Assembly: GCA_964460615.1 (NCBI GenBank)
Contig: CAYWPX010000009.1
Span: forward strand, 19,509 to 83,508
Length of the DNA stretch: 64,000 nt
Direction of reading: 5' to 3'
Source: an uncultured Planctomycetia bacterium
GTDB taxonomy: Bacteria; Omnitrophota; Gorgyraeia; CAYWPX01
Positions 24,589 to 35,570 of the stretch are shown one piece after another. Numbering within the stretch: position 1 is the first letter of the stretch; each line of letters starts with the position of its first letter. The translations under genes were made by a program, and so were the position numbers. Under the pieces are notes generated by a model. The model saw nothing but the letters and a program-made list of their open reading frames with translations, ran no database searches and had not been told where the DNA came from.

Positions 24589-25149
24589 CTATATCGCTGT
24601 TAGTTCTTTTTCTTTTGCAGCTAAAACCTGATCAACTTCTTTTATAGTCTTATCTGTAAGCTTCTGGATATCGTCCTGACCCTTGAAGCTGTCATCTTCT
24701 GTGATGAGGTGGTCTTTTTCACCTTTTTTAATATGTTCATTTGCATCGCGTCTGATCGCCCTAAGAGAAACCCTGGCGTCTTCTGCCAGTTTCTTAACAA
24801 CCTTTGTAAGTTCTTCGCGCCTTTCCTGTGTAAGCTGTGGTATTGAGATCCTTACAACTTTGCCATCATTGATTGGATTAGCTCCGAGATCTGATTTCTG
24901 GATAGCTTTTTCAATCTCTCCTAAAGCATTCAAGTCCCAAGGCTGAATGACAATAAGTTTCGGATCGGGAGCAGAAATATTGCCAAGCTGCTTTATCGGA
25001 GTCATAGTCCCGTAATAATCGACCTTTATGCTTTCAACTAAAGATGCCGACGCCCGGCCGGTACGAACAGTAGATAGATCCCTGTGTAATACTTCCATGG
25101 TCTTTTTCATCTTCATTTCTGTATCGTGGATAATATCTTTTACCGACAT
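24589..25149 (-). CDS. frr: ribosome recycling factor
   Basis: 186 aa, full-length RRF similarity. Confidence 0.95.
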   Translation of the reverse strand: MSVKDIIHDTEMKMKKTMEVLHRDLSTVRTGRASASLVESIKVDYYGTMTPIKQLGNISAPDPKLIVIQPWDLNALGEIEKAIQKSDLGANPINDGKVVRISIPQLTQERREELTKVVKKLAEDARVSLRAIRRDANEHIKKGEKDHLITEDDSFKGQDDIQKLTDKTIKEVDQVLAAKEKELTAI

Positions 25150-25151
25150 AT

Positions 25152-25868
25152 TTACCCCCTCACAAGAGTTCCAATTTTTTCACCGGTTAAAACTTTTTTG
25201 ATATTTCCGTGCTTTGTCAAATTAAACACTATTAACGGCAACCCGTTATCCATACAGAGGCTTATAGCAGTTGAATCCATAACCTTTAAGCCTTTTTTGA
25301 GTACGTCTATATATTTAACCTCTTTAAAAAATTTCGCATTTTTATATTTCATAGGATCCTGTGAGTAAACACCGTCAACCTTTGTCGCTTTAAGTATTAC
25401 ATCGGCATTAATCTCAACAGCCCTTAAAACTGCCGTAGTGTCAGTAGTAAAATAAGGATTGCCTGTTCCGGCTACAAAGATCACTATCCTTCTTTTTTCT
25501 AAATGTCTGATAGCTCTCCGCCTAATATACGGCTCGGCGACCTGCTGAATATTTATTGCAGTCATTACTCTGGTATACGTCCCAAGCTTTTCCAATGAAT
25601 CCTGCAGAGCCAATCCGTTTACAACCGTAGCAAGCATACCCATATAATCCGCAGTAGAACGGTCTATACCGAGCTTTTCAAGTGTTGCGCCTCTGACTAT
25701 ATTGCCGCCGCCAATAACAACCGCAACCTGAATACCAAGGTCATGGACCTCTTTGATCTGCTTACAAATAGAATTAACTGTTTTGGGATCAATTCCGTAA
25801 CCAAGATTTCCCTGGAGGGCTTCACCACTGAGTTTTATTACGATTCTTTTATATGCAGCTTTTGCCAT
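25152..25868 (-). CDS. pyrH: UMP kinase
   Basis: 238 aa. KLSGEAL and GGGNIVRG motifs. Confidence 0.95.
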   Translation of the reverse strand: MAKAAYKRIVIKLSGEALQGNLGYGIDPKTVNSICKQIKEVHDLGIQVAVVIGGGNIVRGATLEKLGIDRSTADYMGMLATVVNGLALQDSLEKLGTYTRVMTAINIQQVAEPYIRRRAIRHLEKRRIVIFVAGTGNPYFTTDTTAVLRAVEINADVILKATKVDGVYSQDPMKYKNAKFFKEVKYIDVLKKGLKVMDSTAISLCMDNGLPLIVFNLTKHGNIKKVLTGEKIGTLVRG

Positions 25869-25935
25869 TGATTGTAGCTCATAGTTCAGAGCTCATGGCT
25901 CATAGAAAAATCTACAAGCCATTAGCTTAAGTTTT

Positions 25936-26538
25936 TTATTCGCCTAATTGGAATCTTACAAATCTCTTTATCAGGATATTCTCGCCGATCTTACCTACTA
26001 AGACGCTCAAAAGATCCTTTATTTTAATTGCCTGATCTTTAATAAAAGGCTGCTCTAATAAACAAACCTCTTCATAATATTTTGATAATCTTCCCTGAAC
26101 GATCTTCTCTACAACTGCATCGGGCTTGCCTTTTGCTGCGCCTTCTTTGGCCTGAACCGTCAAGATCTCGATTTCCCGATCAATAGAAGCCTGAGGGACC
26201 TCATCCTTTTTGACATAAAGAGGATTTGCTGCGGCAACCTGCATAGCTACATCTTTGACAAATCTCTTAAAGTCCTCATTTTTTGCAACAAAATCCGTTT
26301 CGCAGTTAACTTCAACCAATACGCCTATTTTCCCGCCAAGGTGTATATAGCTTTCGATTACACCCTGCTTTGCTTCTCGGGTGGCTTTCTTTTCGGCTTT
26401 AGCTGCGCCTTTTTTTCTTAGTATCTCAATAGCCTTCTCTTCATTGCCGCCTGCTTCTTTAAGGGCTTCCTTGCAATCCATCATTCCGGCGCCCGTTCTT
26501 TCTCTTAATTGTTTAACTAAATTTGCATCTATATTCAT
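25936..26538 (-). CDS. tsf: elongation factor Ts
   Basis: 200 aa. LRERTGAGMMDCKEAL signature. Confidence 0.95.
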   Translation of the reverse strand: MNIDANLVKQLRERTGAGMMDCKEALKEAGGNEEKAIEILRKKGAAKAEKKATREAKQGVIESYIHLGGKIGVLVEVNCETDFVAKNEDFKRFVKDVAMQVAAANPLYVKKDEVPQASIDREIEILTVQAKEGAAKGKPDAVVEKIVQGRLSKYYEEVCLLEQPFIKDQAIKIKDLLSVLVGKIGENILIKRFVRFQLGE

Positions 26539-26542
26539 TTTA

Positions 26543-27436
26543 TTACCTCTTTTTAGTTTTTCTGTCCTTTAAAGAAGAATCTGCGGCAGTCTTGACCTTT
26601 TTCTTGCCTTTACCTATCTTCTCCACACCTTCACCTTCGGTCAAATCTGCCCCGATAAGCTTTTCAACAATGGTCTCATCAACATTAATATGAGATTCCT
26701 CTTCCATATCTTTATCTGATTCGATCTGCTCTGAAGACTTAGCAAAGTTGGTTCTGCCTTCCAGTACAGAATCGCTGATCAAAGAAGTGATAAGCTTTAT
26801 TGATTTGATAGCATCATCATTACCCGGTATAGGATAATCAATTATGTCCGGGTCGCTATTGGTATCAACCAGCGCAACTACAGGTATGCCAAGTTTTTTG
26901 GCTTCTTTTACAGCAATCTCTTCATTTTTAGCATCAATTATGAATATAGCGGATGGGAGAGTGGCTATATTCTTAACGCCTTCAAGATTTTTCTTAAGTT
27001 TATTGAGTTCCTTATTTAGCTGGGATTCTTCTTTTTTGGAATAAAGCTTGATTGAACCGTCTTCCTTCATCCCCTCAATTTCCTTCATTCTTTTGATGCT
27101 CTTTCTCACCGTCTGGAAATTAGTTAAAAGGCCTCCGAGCCATCTCTGGTTTACATAGAACATGTTGCATTTCATGGCTTCGGTCTTGATTATTTCCTGA
27201 GACTGTCTTTTGGTGCCTACAAAAAGGATATTGCCGCCTTTACTAGCGACATCCTTTAGAAAATTGCAAGCTTTCATAAGAAGCCCTGTTGTCTTCTGAA
27301 GATCTACTATATATATCCCATTTCGTTCCCCGAAAATGTATGGCTTCATCTTGGGATTCCATTTCTTTGTCTGATGACCAAAATGCACCCCTGCCTCCAG
27401 AAGTTGTTTCATTAGTTCTGTTTCCTGAATATTCAA
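26543..27436 (-). CDS. rpsB: 30S ribosomal protein S2 (with Lys/Glu-rich C-terminal extension)
   Basis: 297 aa. S2 core; the rpsB-tsf-pyrH-frr order is conserved. Confidence 0.95.
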   Translation of the reverse strand: MNIQETELMKQLLEAGVHFGHQTKKWNPKMKPYIFGERNGIYIVDLQKTTGLLMKACNFLKDVASKGGNILFVGTKRQSQEIIKTEAMKCNMFYVNQRWLGGLLTNFQTVRKSIKRMKEIEGMKEDGSIKLYSKKEESQLNKELNKLKKNLEGVKNIATLPSAIFIIDAKNEEIAVKEAKKLGIPVVALVDTNSDPDIIDYPIPGNDDAIKSIKLITSLISDSVLEGRTNFAKSSEQIESDKDMEEESHINVDETIVEKLIGADLTEGEGVEKIGKGKKKVKTAADSSLKDRKTKKR

Positions 27437-27551
27437 CTCTAATCCTCCTTAGTTACTTATCATTATTTGTGATATATCTTTATTCGGCTATTGCCAAATT
27501 TTCATGAATTTCTTATTATACCAAATATTTCTCATATTTCAACTAGTTTTT

Positions 27552-29381
27552 TTAAATTTTATTGTCCATGGCATCGGCAAACTGAATATGATAAAGCTTC
27601 TTGTAAAGCCCCCCTTTTTGGACCAAGTCATCATGAATACCCTCTTCAACAATGGTGCCTCTTTCAAGGACTATTATACGGCTGGCATTTTTGACGGTTG
27701 AAAGCCTATGCGCTATGACAAAGACGGTCCTATTCCTTATCAGTTTATCTATTGCGTCCTGAACCAGCTTCTCTGATTCGCTGTCAAGCTGGCTGGTGGC
27801 CTCGTCGAGGATCAATATAGGAGGATTTTTTAAAAGAGCCCTTGCAATCGCAAGCCTCTGTTTTTCACCCCCGGAAAGCCTGAAACCCCTTTCGCCAATC
27901 ATAGTATCGTAACCTTTTGGAAGTTTAGCTATAAAATCATGCGCATTTGCGGTTTTGGCTGCATTTATTATAGCCTCTATGGGATACTCTCTATTGCCAT
28001 ACGAAATATTCGCTGCGATCGTATCGTTGAACAAGAAGGTATCCTGGGTAACTATGCCTATCTGCCTTCTTAACGACTTTAGGTTCACCTCTTTTACATT
28101 AAACCCATCAACCTCCAGAATACCCTCAGTAACATCATAAAACCTCGGTATCAGATTAACCAGCGTAGTCTTGCCGACTCCGCTTGGCCCTACTATGGCA
28201 ATCACCTCACCGGCTTTTACGTTAAGATTTATATTCTTAAGAACCTCTGTTTTATCATATTTGAAACCTACATTTTTAAATCCCACTTCGCCTTTTATTT
28301 TATCAAGAACCCTGGCGTTATCTTTCTCAACTATAGTAGAAACCTCATCTAAAACTTCATATATCCTAGTACTCGCTGCTGTGGCCATCTCTATAGCCCC
28401 GTATATTTTACTTAAGGCCTTAAAAGGCTTCAATAGGAGCAGTATGGACGTAATTATCGTAACCAAGGCGCCTGCGGTAATAGTATTGTTTATAATTGCC
28501 CTCCCGCCGAACCACACAAGGATCGCTATACAGAATATGGACATTGCTTCAGTAAGGGGGTTTATTGCGGTCATCCTTTTTACGGATTTCATGGTAAGTT
28601 TATAAAAAGCCCTATTCTGATCAGCAAATCTCCTTTCCTCTTCCGTCTCATTCGCAAAGGCCTTAACTATCAGGTTTCCTGCTATGGTCTCATATAGGGT
28701 TGTGTTTATATCTGCCATCTTCTCCTGAGTCTGCTGGCTGATCTTTCTAAGGTGTTTGCCAATTCTTATGACCGGGTACATTATTGCGGGAACAAGCGCG
28801 ATGCTGAATAAAATAAGCCACCATGGGATCGAGTAAAAGTACTTAACGCCTATGACAACAACAATATAGGTGATAATATCTATGGGTTGCTTAAAAAGGT
28901 TCGCTACAGAATCAGAAATAGTGTCTCTGACAAGAGTCGCATCATATGTCACGCGGGAAACCAGTTTTCCAGTAGGATTTTTGGAATAATAGTCAAGAGG
29001 AAGGCTTAAGAGTTTCTTATATATCTTATTTTTTAGGTCCCTTATGACCCTTTCGGAAACGTCTCTCATAAGGTATGTCTGCCAAAAAGTAAAAAATTCC
29101 CTTAAAAATAAGGAAATTATCACAAATAGAAGCATAAAATTCAATAGGTCGAGTTTCGGGATATCATTGATCTTATCAATGAAAGCCACGGCGAACTGGG
29201 GGATCTTGATCGAAGAGCTTATCTCTATCTTGCTGTTAGATACAACCCTGTCCACAAGCGGTATTATGGTCCAGAGTGAAATACCGCTAAAAAGCGAACT
29301 CAAGATCATACACAGAACAGCGCTTAAAAATATACCTATATGGGCCCTAAGAAGGCCTATTAACCTAAAATAATCTTTCAT
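27552..29381 (-). CDS. msbA: ABC transporter permease/ATPase fusion, MsbA-like lipid exporter
   Basis: 609 aa. 6-TM domain + Walker A GPSGVGKT, signature LSGGEKQR, Walker B ILILDEATS. Confidence 0.8.
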   Translation of the reverse strand: MKDYFRLIGLLRAHIGIFLSAVLCMILSSLFSGISLWTIIPLVDRVVSNSKIEISSSIKIPQFAVAFIDKINDIPKLDLLNFMLLFVIISLFLREFFTFWQTYLMRDVSERVIRDLKNKIYKKLLSLPLDYYSKNPTGKLVSRVTYDATLVRDTISDSVANLFKQPIDIITYIVVVIGVKYFYSIPWWLILFSIALVPAIMYPVIRIGKHLRKISQQTQEKMADINTTLYETIAGNLIVKAFANETEEERRFADQNRAFYKLTMKSVKRMTAINPLTEAMSIFCIAILVWFGGRAIINNTITAGALVTIITSILLLLKPFKALSKIYGAIEMATAASTRIYEVLDEVSTIVEKDNARVLDKIKGEVGFKNVGFKYDKTEVLKNINLNVKAGEVIAIVGPSGVGKTTLVNLIPRFYDVTEGILEVDGFNVKEVNLKSLRRQIGIVTQDTFLFNDTIAANISYGNREYPIEAIINAAKTANAHDFIAKLPKGYDTMIGERGFRLSGGEKQRLAIARALLKNPPILILDEATSQLDSESEKLVQDAIDKLIRNRTVFVIAHRLSTVKNASRIIVLERGTIVEEGIHDDLVQKGGLYKKLYHIQFADAMDNKI

Positions 29382-29528
29382 TGTTTTCCTTTTTGTATCT
29401 TAAAGAATACTTATATTAACACAAAATATTACTTCCTACAAGGAAAATTTATCTTGCGAAATCCCCCTTAGAATGCTATAATTTTAAGAATTATATAACT
29501 ATTAATTAAGTACTAAATAAGGAACAAT

Positions 29529-30464
29529 TTGGTGGAAAACAAATTAAGAGTCGGTGTGGTAGGCCTCGGCCACTTGGGCGCCCATCATGCAAGGGTATAT
29601 TCCTTACTTCCTAATGCGAGCCTCGTAGGCTGCTCGGATATAAATCAGGAATTAGCCGAAAATATAGCTAAAAAATTCCATTCAAAGGCATTTACTAACT
29701 ACAAAGATCTATTTGGGAAGGTTGATGCGGTAAGCATCGTTACTCCCACTGCTTTACACTATCAGATAGCTAAAGACTTCCTTGAGGCAGGCATCAATGT
29801 CTTGATCGAAAAACCTATTACCAAATCTCTTGAAGAAGCTGACAAGCTCCTGGAGATCCAAAAAAATAAGAACCTTATTCTCCAGGTCGGGCATATCGAA
29901 AGGTTCAACCCCGCCATTAGCGCAATAGCTGACGTGATAAATGAGCCCATATTTATCGAATGCCACAGGCTTAGCACATATCTAAAAAGAGCTATTGAAG
30001 TGGGCGTAGTACTGGACCTTATGATACATGATATCGATATAATACTCGAACTGATCAACTCCGACGTGGAATCGATAGAAGCAATCGGCGGGAATATACT
30101 CTCTAAGACAGAGGATGTTGCCAATGTAAGGATCAAATTCAAAAATGGCGCCGTGGCCAATATTACTGCCAGCCGCATGGCCTATCAGGCAAAAAGAAAA
30201 ATACGGATCTTTCAAAAAGATGCCTATATCGTACTGGATTATATCAACCAAGGCGCTTATCTGTTCAAAAAAGAAGGCGATAAGATCACAAGGCACAAAC
30301 TAGACGCTGAAAAAATCGAACCTCTCAAAAAAGAACTAGAATCTTTCGTTGACTGTGTAATAAACAAAAAAAGGCCTATTGTTTCCGGCGAAGAAGCCAG
30401 AAAGGCCCTTGCCGTAGCGATCGACATCACAAAAAAGATCCAATCCCTAAAATATGGCAACTAA
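29529..30464 (+). CDS. Gfo/Idh/MocA-family NAD(P)-dependent oxidoreductase
   Basis: 311 aa. N-terminal Rossmann VGVVGLGHLGAHHA, EKP motif; overlaps the lpxB start by 11 nt. Confidence 0.8.
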   Translation: MVENKLRVGVVGLGHLGAHHARVYSLLPNASLVGCSDINQELAENIAKKFHSKAFTNYKDLFGKVDAVSIVTPTALHYQIAKDFLEAGINVLIEKPITKSLEEADKLLEIQKNKNLILQVGHIERFNPAISAIADVINEPIFIECHRLSTYLKRAIEVGVVLDLMIHDIDIILELINSDVESIEAIGGNILSKTEDVANVRIKFKNGAVANITASRMAYQAKRKIRIFQKDAYIVLDYINQGAYLFKKEGDKITRHKLDAEKIEPLKKELESFVDCVINKKRPIVSGEEARKALAVAIDITKKIQSLKYGN

Positions 30465-31593
30465 AAAAATCCTCATAATCGCCCCCGAGCCTTCAGGCGA
30501 TCTTCATGGATCAAATCTTATAATAAATCTTAAAAAAATAATGCCTGAATGTCTTTTTTATGGCATCGGCGGCAAATTGATGAAAAATGCCGGCGTAAAT
30601 ATTCTATTTGAATCCGATATAGCCGTTGTAGGCATATCCGAAATAGCAAAACACATCTTTGAAATAAAACGAGTATTTAAGGGCCTGGTCAAAAGCCTTG
30701 AAGAGTATAAATTCGATCTGGTTATACTTGTTGATTTCCCCGGGTTCAACCTAAAATTTTCTTCGGAAGTCAATAAAAGAAATATACCGCTAATTTATTA
30801 TATCAGCCCTCAGGTCTGGGCCTGGGGGAAAAATAGGATTAAAGTTATCAAAAGGAATGTTGATAAAATTATCGTATTTTTCAAGTTCGAGGAAGAGCTT
30901 TATAAAAAATACGGCATAAACGCAGAATTTGTCGGCCATCCGCTGATCGATGTTGTTAAGCCCAACACAACTAGAATTGAATGGCGGAAAACCAACAACC
31001 TTCCGCTAGATAAGACCCTTATATCGCTATTACCCGGGTCCAGGACCAGGGTAATTGAACATCTTCTCCCTTTAATGCTCAAAAGTGCCGAGCTAATAAA
31101 AAAGGAACTGCCTAACACCGAATTTCTTGTCCTGAAATTCCCTGATATCAACCGGGAACTTTACGATAAATTCATAAATAATTCTTCTCTTAACATTAAG
31201 ATTGTCGAAGGCGATCTTTTTAATGCGCTCAATGCCTCGGATTTTAGCATCGGAGCATCCGGGACCTCAAGCCTCGAAACTGCCATCATAGGTACTCCTA
31301 TGGTTATAACATATAAGTTCTCGAATCTTTCATTTTTACTAATTAGAATAGCGGCGAGAATTAATTTTATCGGGCTTCCGAATATCATAGCTAATAAACT
31401 GATAGTTAAGGAGTTTCTGCAGCTAAACGCAACCCCTCGGAAAATCTCTAAAGAGGTAATAAGCACTCTGAAAGACCCCCAGAAAATCTCGACAATAAAG
31501 AATGACCTCGAGAAAGTACGCCTTAGCCTTGGCGAGCCCGGGGCAAGTGTCAAAGCAGCTAAAGCAATCCAAGCATTCTTAAATAAAAAATAA
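30454..31593 (+). CDS. lpxB: lipid-A-disaccharide synthase
   Basis: 379 aa. Full-length LpxB similarity (APEPSGDLHG, ISPQVWAW). Confidence 0.9.
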   Translation: MATKKILIIAPEPSGDLHGSNLIINLKKIMPECLFYGIGGKLMKNAGVNILFESDIAVVGISEIAKHIFEIKRVFKGLVKSLEEYKFDLVILVDFPGFNLKFSSEVNKRNIPLIYYISPQVWAWGKNRIKVIKRNVDKIIVFFKFEEELYKKYGINAEFVGHPLIDVVKPNTTRIEWRKTNNLPLDKTLISLLPGSRTRVIEHLLPLMLKSAELIKKELPNTEFLVLKFPDINRELYDKFINNSSLNIKIVEGDLFNALNASDFSIGASGTSSLETAIIGTPMVITYKFSNLSFLLIRIAARINFIGLPNIIANKLIVKEFLQLNATPRKISKEVISTLKDPQKISTIKNDLEKVRLSLGEPGASVKAAKAIQAFLNKK

Positions 31594-31755
31594 TGCGATC
31601 ATAATTTCAAATTAATCGCATAATGACAAATAATATAATTATTTAATTGCCTTAAGACAGGCTTTTTTATTCCTAGATTCCCGCCTAATGCTTGCGGGAA
31701 TGACAGCTTTTTTTAAAATTTGGAGTTAACCGAGAGATAAAAGCTTTTGGGATTT

Positions 31756-32562
31756 TTAAATTATTATAACGGAGATATTGTTCTGATCGGCAAGTTTTAT
31801 GAGGGCTTCTTTATCAATAAGGTAGGTCTTCTTTCTCTCAAGCGCAAGCACTGACGCCTTGGCCTGTATAAGGCTTTCTATGGTCTTAATACCGACTAAC
31901 GGAACATCAAAACGCATATCCTGTTTCGGGCGGGCAACTTTAATTATTACGGCTCCAGGGCCGCAAAGACTTCCGCCGCGCTTAATTGTTTCATCGGTGC
32001 CTTCTACTCCTTCGACTGTAACTATAGATTTATTTTTCACCACTATGGTTTGCCCGATATCAAGCCCGGCGACTTTTTTGGCGATCTTATAGCCAAACTT
32101 GATATCACTAAGCTCTTCTTTTGAAGGAATTCTTTTTGTAAGAACTCCTTTTTCTGGAATTAATTCCTTAAGGTAATCGGTAGGTTTTTTTAAATAAAGA
32201 CCGAGCCACCACAACTTATTAGCAGCGCTCTTAAGGAGCGTTTCATCGCGTTTATCGCGGCTAGTTTTTAAAACTTCCTCCGCCAATTTGTCTTTAATTA
32301 TATCTTTGTATAAATGAGTTTTTTTGACCCATCCGAGCATAACAAGATCCCTTACGCCTTCCGATTTAAAGATGTTTATGACCTTCTCGGGCTCTCCGAT
32401 AGAAACCCAGTAAGTCTTATCGGAGACTTTTTCGATCTCAGGAGATGCCATGCCATTAAGTGCAACGGTGATCACATTAATCCCTTTATTTTTTACAATA
32501 TTTGTAAAAATGATCGGAAGATCTCCGCCGCCGGATATTAAACCAATTTTTTTCTTTGACAT
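31756..32562 (-). CDS. lpxI: UDP-2,3-diacylglucosamine hydrolase LpxI (DUF1009)
   Basis: 268 aa. N-terminal IGLISGGGDLP and overall LpxI-family similarity; located in the lipid A cluster. Confidence 0.7.
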   Translation of the reverse strand: MSKKKIGLISGGGDLPIIFTNIVKNKGINVITVALNGMASPEIEKVSDKTYWVSIGEPEKVINIFKSEGVRDLVMLGWVKKTHLYKDIIKDKLAEEVLKTSRDKRDETLLKSAANKLWWLGLYLKKPTDYLKELIPEKGVLTKRIPSKEELSDIKFGYKIAKKVAGLDIGQTIVVKNKSIVTVEGVEGTDETIKRGGSLCGPGAVIIKVARPKQDMRFDVPLVGIKTIESLIQAKASVLALERKKTYLIDKEALIKLADQNNISVIII

Positions 32563-32576
32563 TTTTTATGATTTTA

Positions 32577-33899
32577 TTAGGCTGATACGCCAAACATAAG
32601 CTCAGCTTCAACGACAACCTGTCCGTCAACTTTGCCTTTGGCGCTCACTTGGGCAATTCGTGAACGGGCTTTTAAAATTTCCACTTCCATGATCAGCTGA
32701 TCGCCCGGGAGAACCGGTTTTCTGAATTTTGCTTTATCTATGGCCATGAAAAAAGCGAGTTTTCCGATATTCTCAGTTCTTGATAATAAAAGCAGACCTC
32801 CTACCTGAGCCATAGCTTCTATCATAAGTACGCCGGGCATAATAGGATTGCCGGGAAAATGCCCCTGAAAAAAAGGCTCATTCATGGTAACATTCTTAAC
32901 TCCGACAACTCGTTTTTCTTTTTCTATCTCAATGATCTTATCGACAAGTAAAAAAGGATACCTATGAGGAAGAACTCTTCTGATCTCATTAATGTCAATA
33001 GTCCCTTTGGAAAGATCAAGAGGCCTTGGCCCCTCCTTAAGAAGTCCGGATTGAGCTATAATTTTTTCCACCAATTTCATATTAGTATGATGCCCGCTCT
33101 TAACTGCAATAAAATTACCTTTAAGAGGTGCACCTAAAATATAGAGGTCCCCTAACAGGTCCAAGACCTTGTGCCTTACATATTCGTCGTTAAATCTAAG
33201 AGAATTTTTTATAGGCAGGCCATCTTTACCGATAACAAGGTTATTGTCATAATTACCGCCCTTTCCCATCCCTTTAAGCTGTATCTTCTCTACATCATCA
33301 TCAAAACAAAAGGTCCTGGCCGAAGATATCTCTTTTTCAAAGATCGCTTCCCTATTCTTCAGGTCGCCAAAATCAATACTTAAATACTGAGAGCCGACAT
33401 TATTCCTGTTAAAACTCATCAGATATGAGAGTTTAAAAGTATCAGATGGAAAGGCCTGGATAGTGGCCGTCGGGGTGTCTATAATAAAAGGCTCTTTTAT
33501 CTCTAAGATTTTTTTTGGTTCATCAAATTCTTTTTTTCCGGCCTTCTTTAGGGCTTCAAGGATCTCCTTAGAGCTGCCGTCCATTATGGGGAACTCTTCA
33601 GAATCTATCTCAATAATAATATCATCTATGCCAAATGCCCATAAGGATGCCAATAGATGCTCGATAGTGCTCACTCTAGCGCTATCTTTTACCAGATTTG
33701 TCTGCATGGATTCAAGCTTAAGCTTTTCAACATTTAAAAAACTTAAGTCGACCTCAGTCTTACCCGGCAGGTCTACTCTGATGAATTTTATTCCTGAATT
33801 AACCGTAGCAGGGATCAATTTAACGGATACCTTTTTGCCGCTATGTATTCCTATTCCTTTAAGAAATGCTTCATTTAAAATAGTGGCTCTTTTCTCCAT
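32577..33899 (-). CDS. lpxC: bifunctional UDP-3-O-acyl-GlcNAc deacetylase / 3-hydroxyacyl-ACP dehydratase (LpxC-FabZ fusion)
   Basis: 440 aa. N-terminal LpxC fold (HTNMKL region); C-terminal FabZ hot-dog (RYPFLLVDKI..., GHFPG). Confidence 0.9.
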   Translation of the reverse strand: MEKRATILNEAFLKGIGIHSGKKVSVKLIPATVNSGIKFIRVDLPGKTEVDLSFLNVEKLKLESMQTNLVKDSARVSTIEHLLASLWAFGIDDIIIEIDSEEFPIMDGSSKEILEALKKAGKKEFDEPKKILEIKEPFIIDTPTATIQAFPSDTFKLSYLMSFNRNNVGSQYLSIDFGDLKNREAIFEKEISSARTFCFDDDVEKIQLKGMGKGGNYDNNLVIGKDGLPIKNSLRFNDEYVRHKVLDLLGDLYILGAPLKGNFIAVKSGHHTNMKLVEKIIAQSGLLKEGPRPLDLSKGTIDINEIRRVLPHRYPFLLVDKIIEIEKEKRVVGVKNVTMNEPFFQGHFPGNPIMPGVLMIEAMAQVGGLLLLSRTENIGKLAFFMAIDKAKFRKPVLPGDQLIMEVEILKARSRIAQVSAKGKVDGQVVVEAELMFGVSA

Positions 33900-34936
33900 T
33901 AAACTTTTTCCTCTTCTATCTTTTTGATCCTATCCCTAAGCTCTTTAACCTCTTTATTAAGATCCCCTAATCTCGAGATATAAGCCAATGTCCTTCTGAC
34001 TTCCCCTGCCGGCTTTGCCGGACTCCATAAAACTATCTGATTTGGCTCAAGGGATTTAGTAACACCGGCCTGCGAGCCCACGACTACATTTTCGCCTATT
34101 GTGATATGCCCATTAATGCCTGCCTGGGCAGCTATGATACAATTATCCAGAATCTTTGCGCTTCCGGCAATGCCGGCCTGCCCGATCACAAGACAATTTT
34201 TGCCGATCTTGACATTATGCGCGATCTGGACAAGATTATCTATCTTTGTCCCTCTTCCGATCACAGTCGAATCAAACCGGGCTCTATCGATGCTGACATT
34301 TGAACCGATCTCCACATCGTCCTCGATAATCACTGTGCCGATCTGAGGTATCTTTTTATGCATCCCATCGATCTGCGCATAACCAAACCCGTCACTCCCC
34401 ACCACCGTACCGGAGTGAATAATACAATTATTGCCGATCAAAACATTTTCCCTTATTGTGACATTCGGATAAATTAAAACATTGGCTCCGATTTTTGTAT
34501 TTTTCCCTATGTAGACCAAAGGATAGATAATAGACCCATCACCTACCGCTGCCCCATCTTCAATGATAGAATTTGCCCCCACCGAAACGCTTTTACCAAG
34601 CTTTGCGCCCGGGGAGATAACTGCACTTTTATTTATCCCGTTTACAGGATGATTAAACTGCGCTTTAGCAAACCTCTCCATCACCAGGCTAAAACCCAAT
34701 GAAGGATTCTCGACCTTTAAGAGCGCTGCCTTGGCAGTACCGGTAAAATTCTTGGACACAATAACACAGGCGGCTCCGGTAGTACTAAGGAACGATTCAT
34801 ATCTCGGGTTACCTAAAAAAGTAATTTCATTGGCCCCTGCATCCTCAATACTGGAAGCGCCCTCTATGACAATATTCTCATCGCCAACAATTTCACCGTT
34901 GATCAGATTTGCTATTTCTTTAAGTTTAAAAGACAT
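33899..34936 (-). CDS. lpxD: UDP-3-O-acylglucosamine N-acyltransferase
   Basis: 345 aa. Left-handed beta-helix hexapeptide repeats; LpxD N-terminal domain. Confidence 0.9.
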   Translation of the reverse strand: MSFKLKEIANLINGEIVGDENIVIEGASSIEDAGANEITFLGNPRYESFLSTTGAACVIVSKNFTGTAKAALLKVENPSLGFSLVMERFAKAQFNHPVNGINKSAVISPGAKLGKSVSVGANSIIEDGAAVGDGSIIYPLVYIGKNTKIGANVLIYPNVTIRENVLIGNNCIIHSGTVVGSDGFGYAQIDGMHKKIPQIGTVIIEDDVEIGSNVSIDRARFDSTVIGRGTKIDNLVQIAHNVKIGKNCLVIGQAGIAGSAKILDNCIIAAQAGINGHITIGENVVVGSQAGVTKSLEPNQIVLWSPAKPAGEVRRTLAYISRLGDLNKEVKELRDRIKKIEEEKV

Positions 34937-35484
34937 TATTTTTTAACGTCCTTTTTTGCTTTAGGAAGGCTATTATTTTTATACCCGTCGTTCAATAATT
35001 TAATAACAGGATCCGTAAGATTACCGGCATCGTCCCCATAAAGAAGGGCTTCGGAATCTATGATCATGCTGTAGCCTTGTTTCTTGGCATAATCATTTAT
35101 AACTCCCTCAATATCATCCAGCACTTCGCCGCTCGATGAGCTGCCTTCTTTTGCTATCTCTTCTTTGGTCTTAGTGTCAAATTCCTGCAAAGTTCTTATC
35201 TTATCGTCGATAACGGGGTCCTTCTCGCTTTTTGCCTTATCGCTTAAAAGTTCTGCTTCGTCCTTCAAACGCTTAATGTCATCGACCATTCTTTTTCTTT
35301 CAGAATCTTTAAGCTTGGCCTTATCCTCAAGGCTCTTTTTAAGTTCTTTTGATTTTTCATATTCAAAAAATACTCTTGTCAGATTAACATATCCGACCTT
35401 CTGCTGGCCTTCTGCAAACGTAACCGATATCGGCGCTATCAGGCCTATAACTAATGTTGTTACCAAAATTTTTGCATATTTCAT
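34936..35484 (-). CDS. skp: periplasmic chaperone Skp/OmpH
   Basis: 182 aa. Signal peptide, coiled-coil-rich OmpH family; between bamA and lpxD as usual. Confidence 0.75.
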   Translation of the reverse strand: MKYAKILVTTLVIGLIAPISVTFAEGQQKVGYVNLTRVFFEYEKSKELKKSLEDKAKLKDSERKRMVDDIKRLKDEAELLSDKAKSEKDPVIDDKIRTLQEFDTKTKEEIAKEGSSSSGEVLDDIEGVINDYAKKQGYSMIIDSEALLYGDDAGNLTDPVIKLLNDGYKNNSLPKAKKDVKK

Positions 35485-35570
35485 TGTACTCTCCTTGTAA
35501 TTTTTTATCTTTATTCTATGTACTGTGTACTAAGAACTGTGTACCTGCCTCGCCGGCAGGCGGGCTGCTT

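Noticed and set aside
23340-24600. CRISPR array hypothesis for the repeat-rich region
   Set aside because: Repeat units are 175-320 bp with no short (28-37 bp) regularly spaced repeats and no cas genes; they are tRNA-flank duplications.
35546-35566. Degenerate palindrome between bamA and skp as a terminator
   Set aside because: No T-tract follows on the transcribed (minus) strand; more likely a decayed copy of the dispersed palindromic element.
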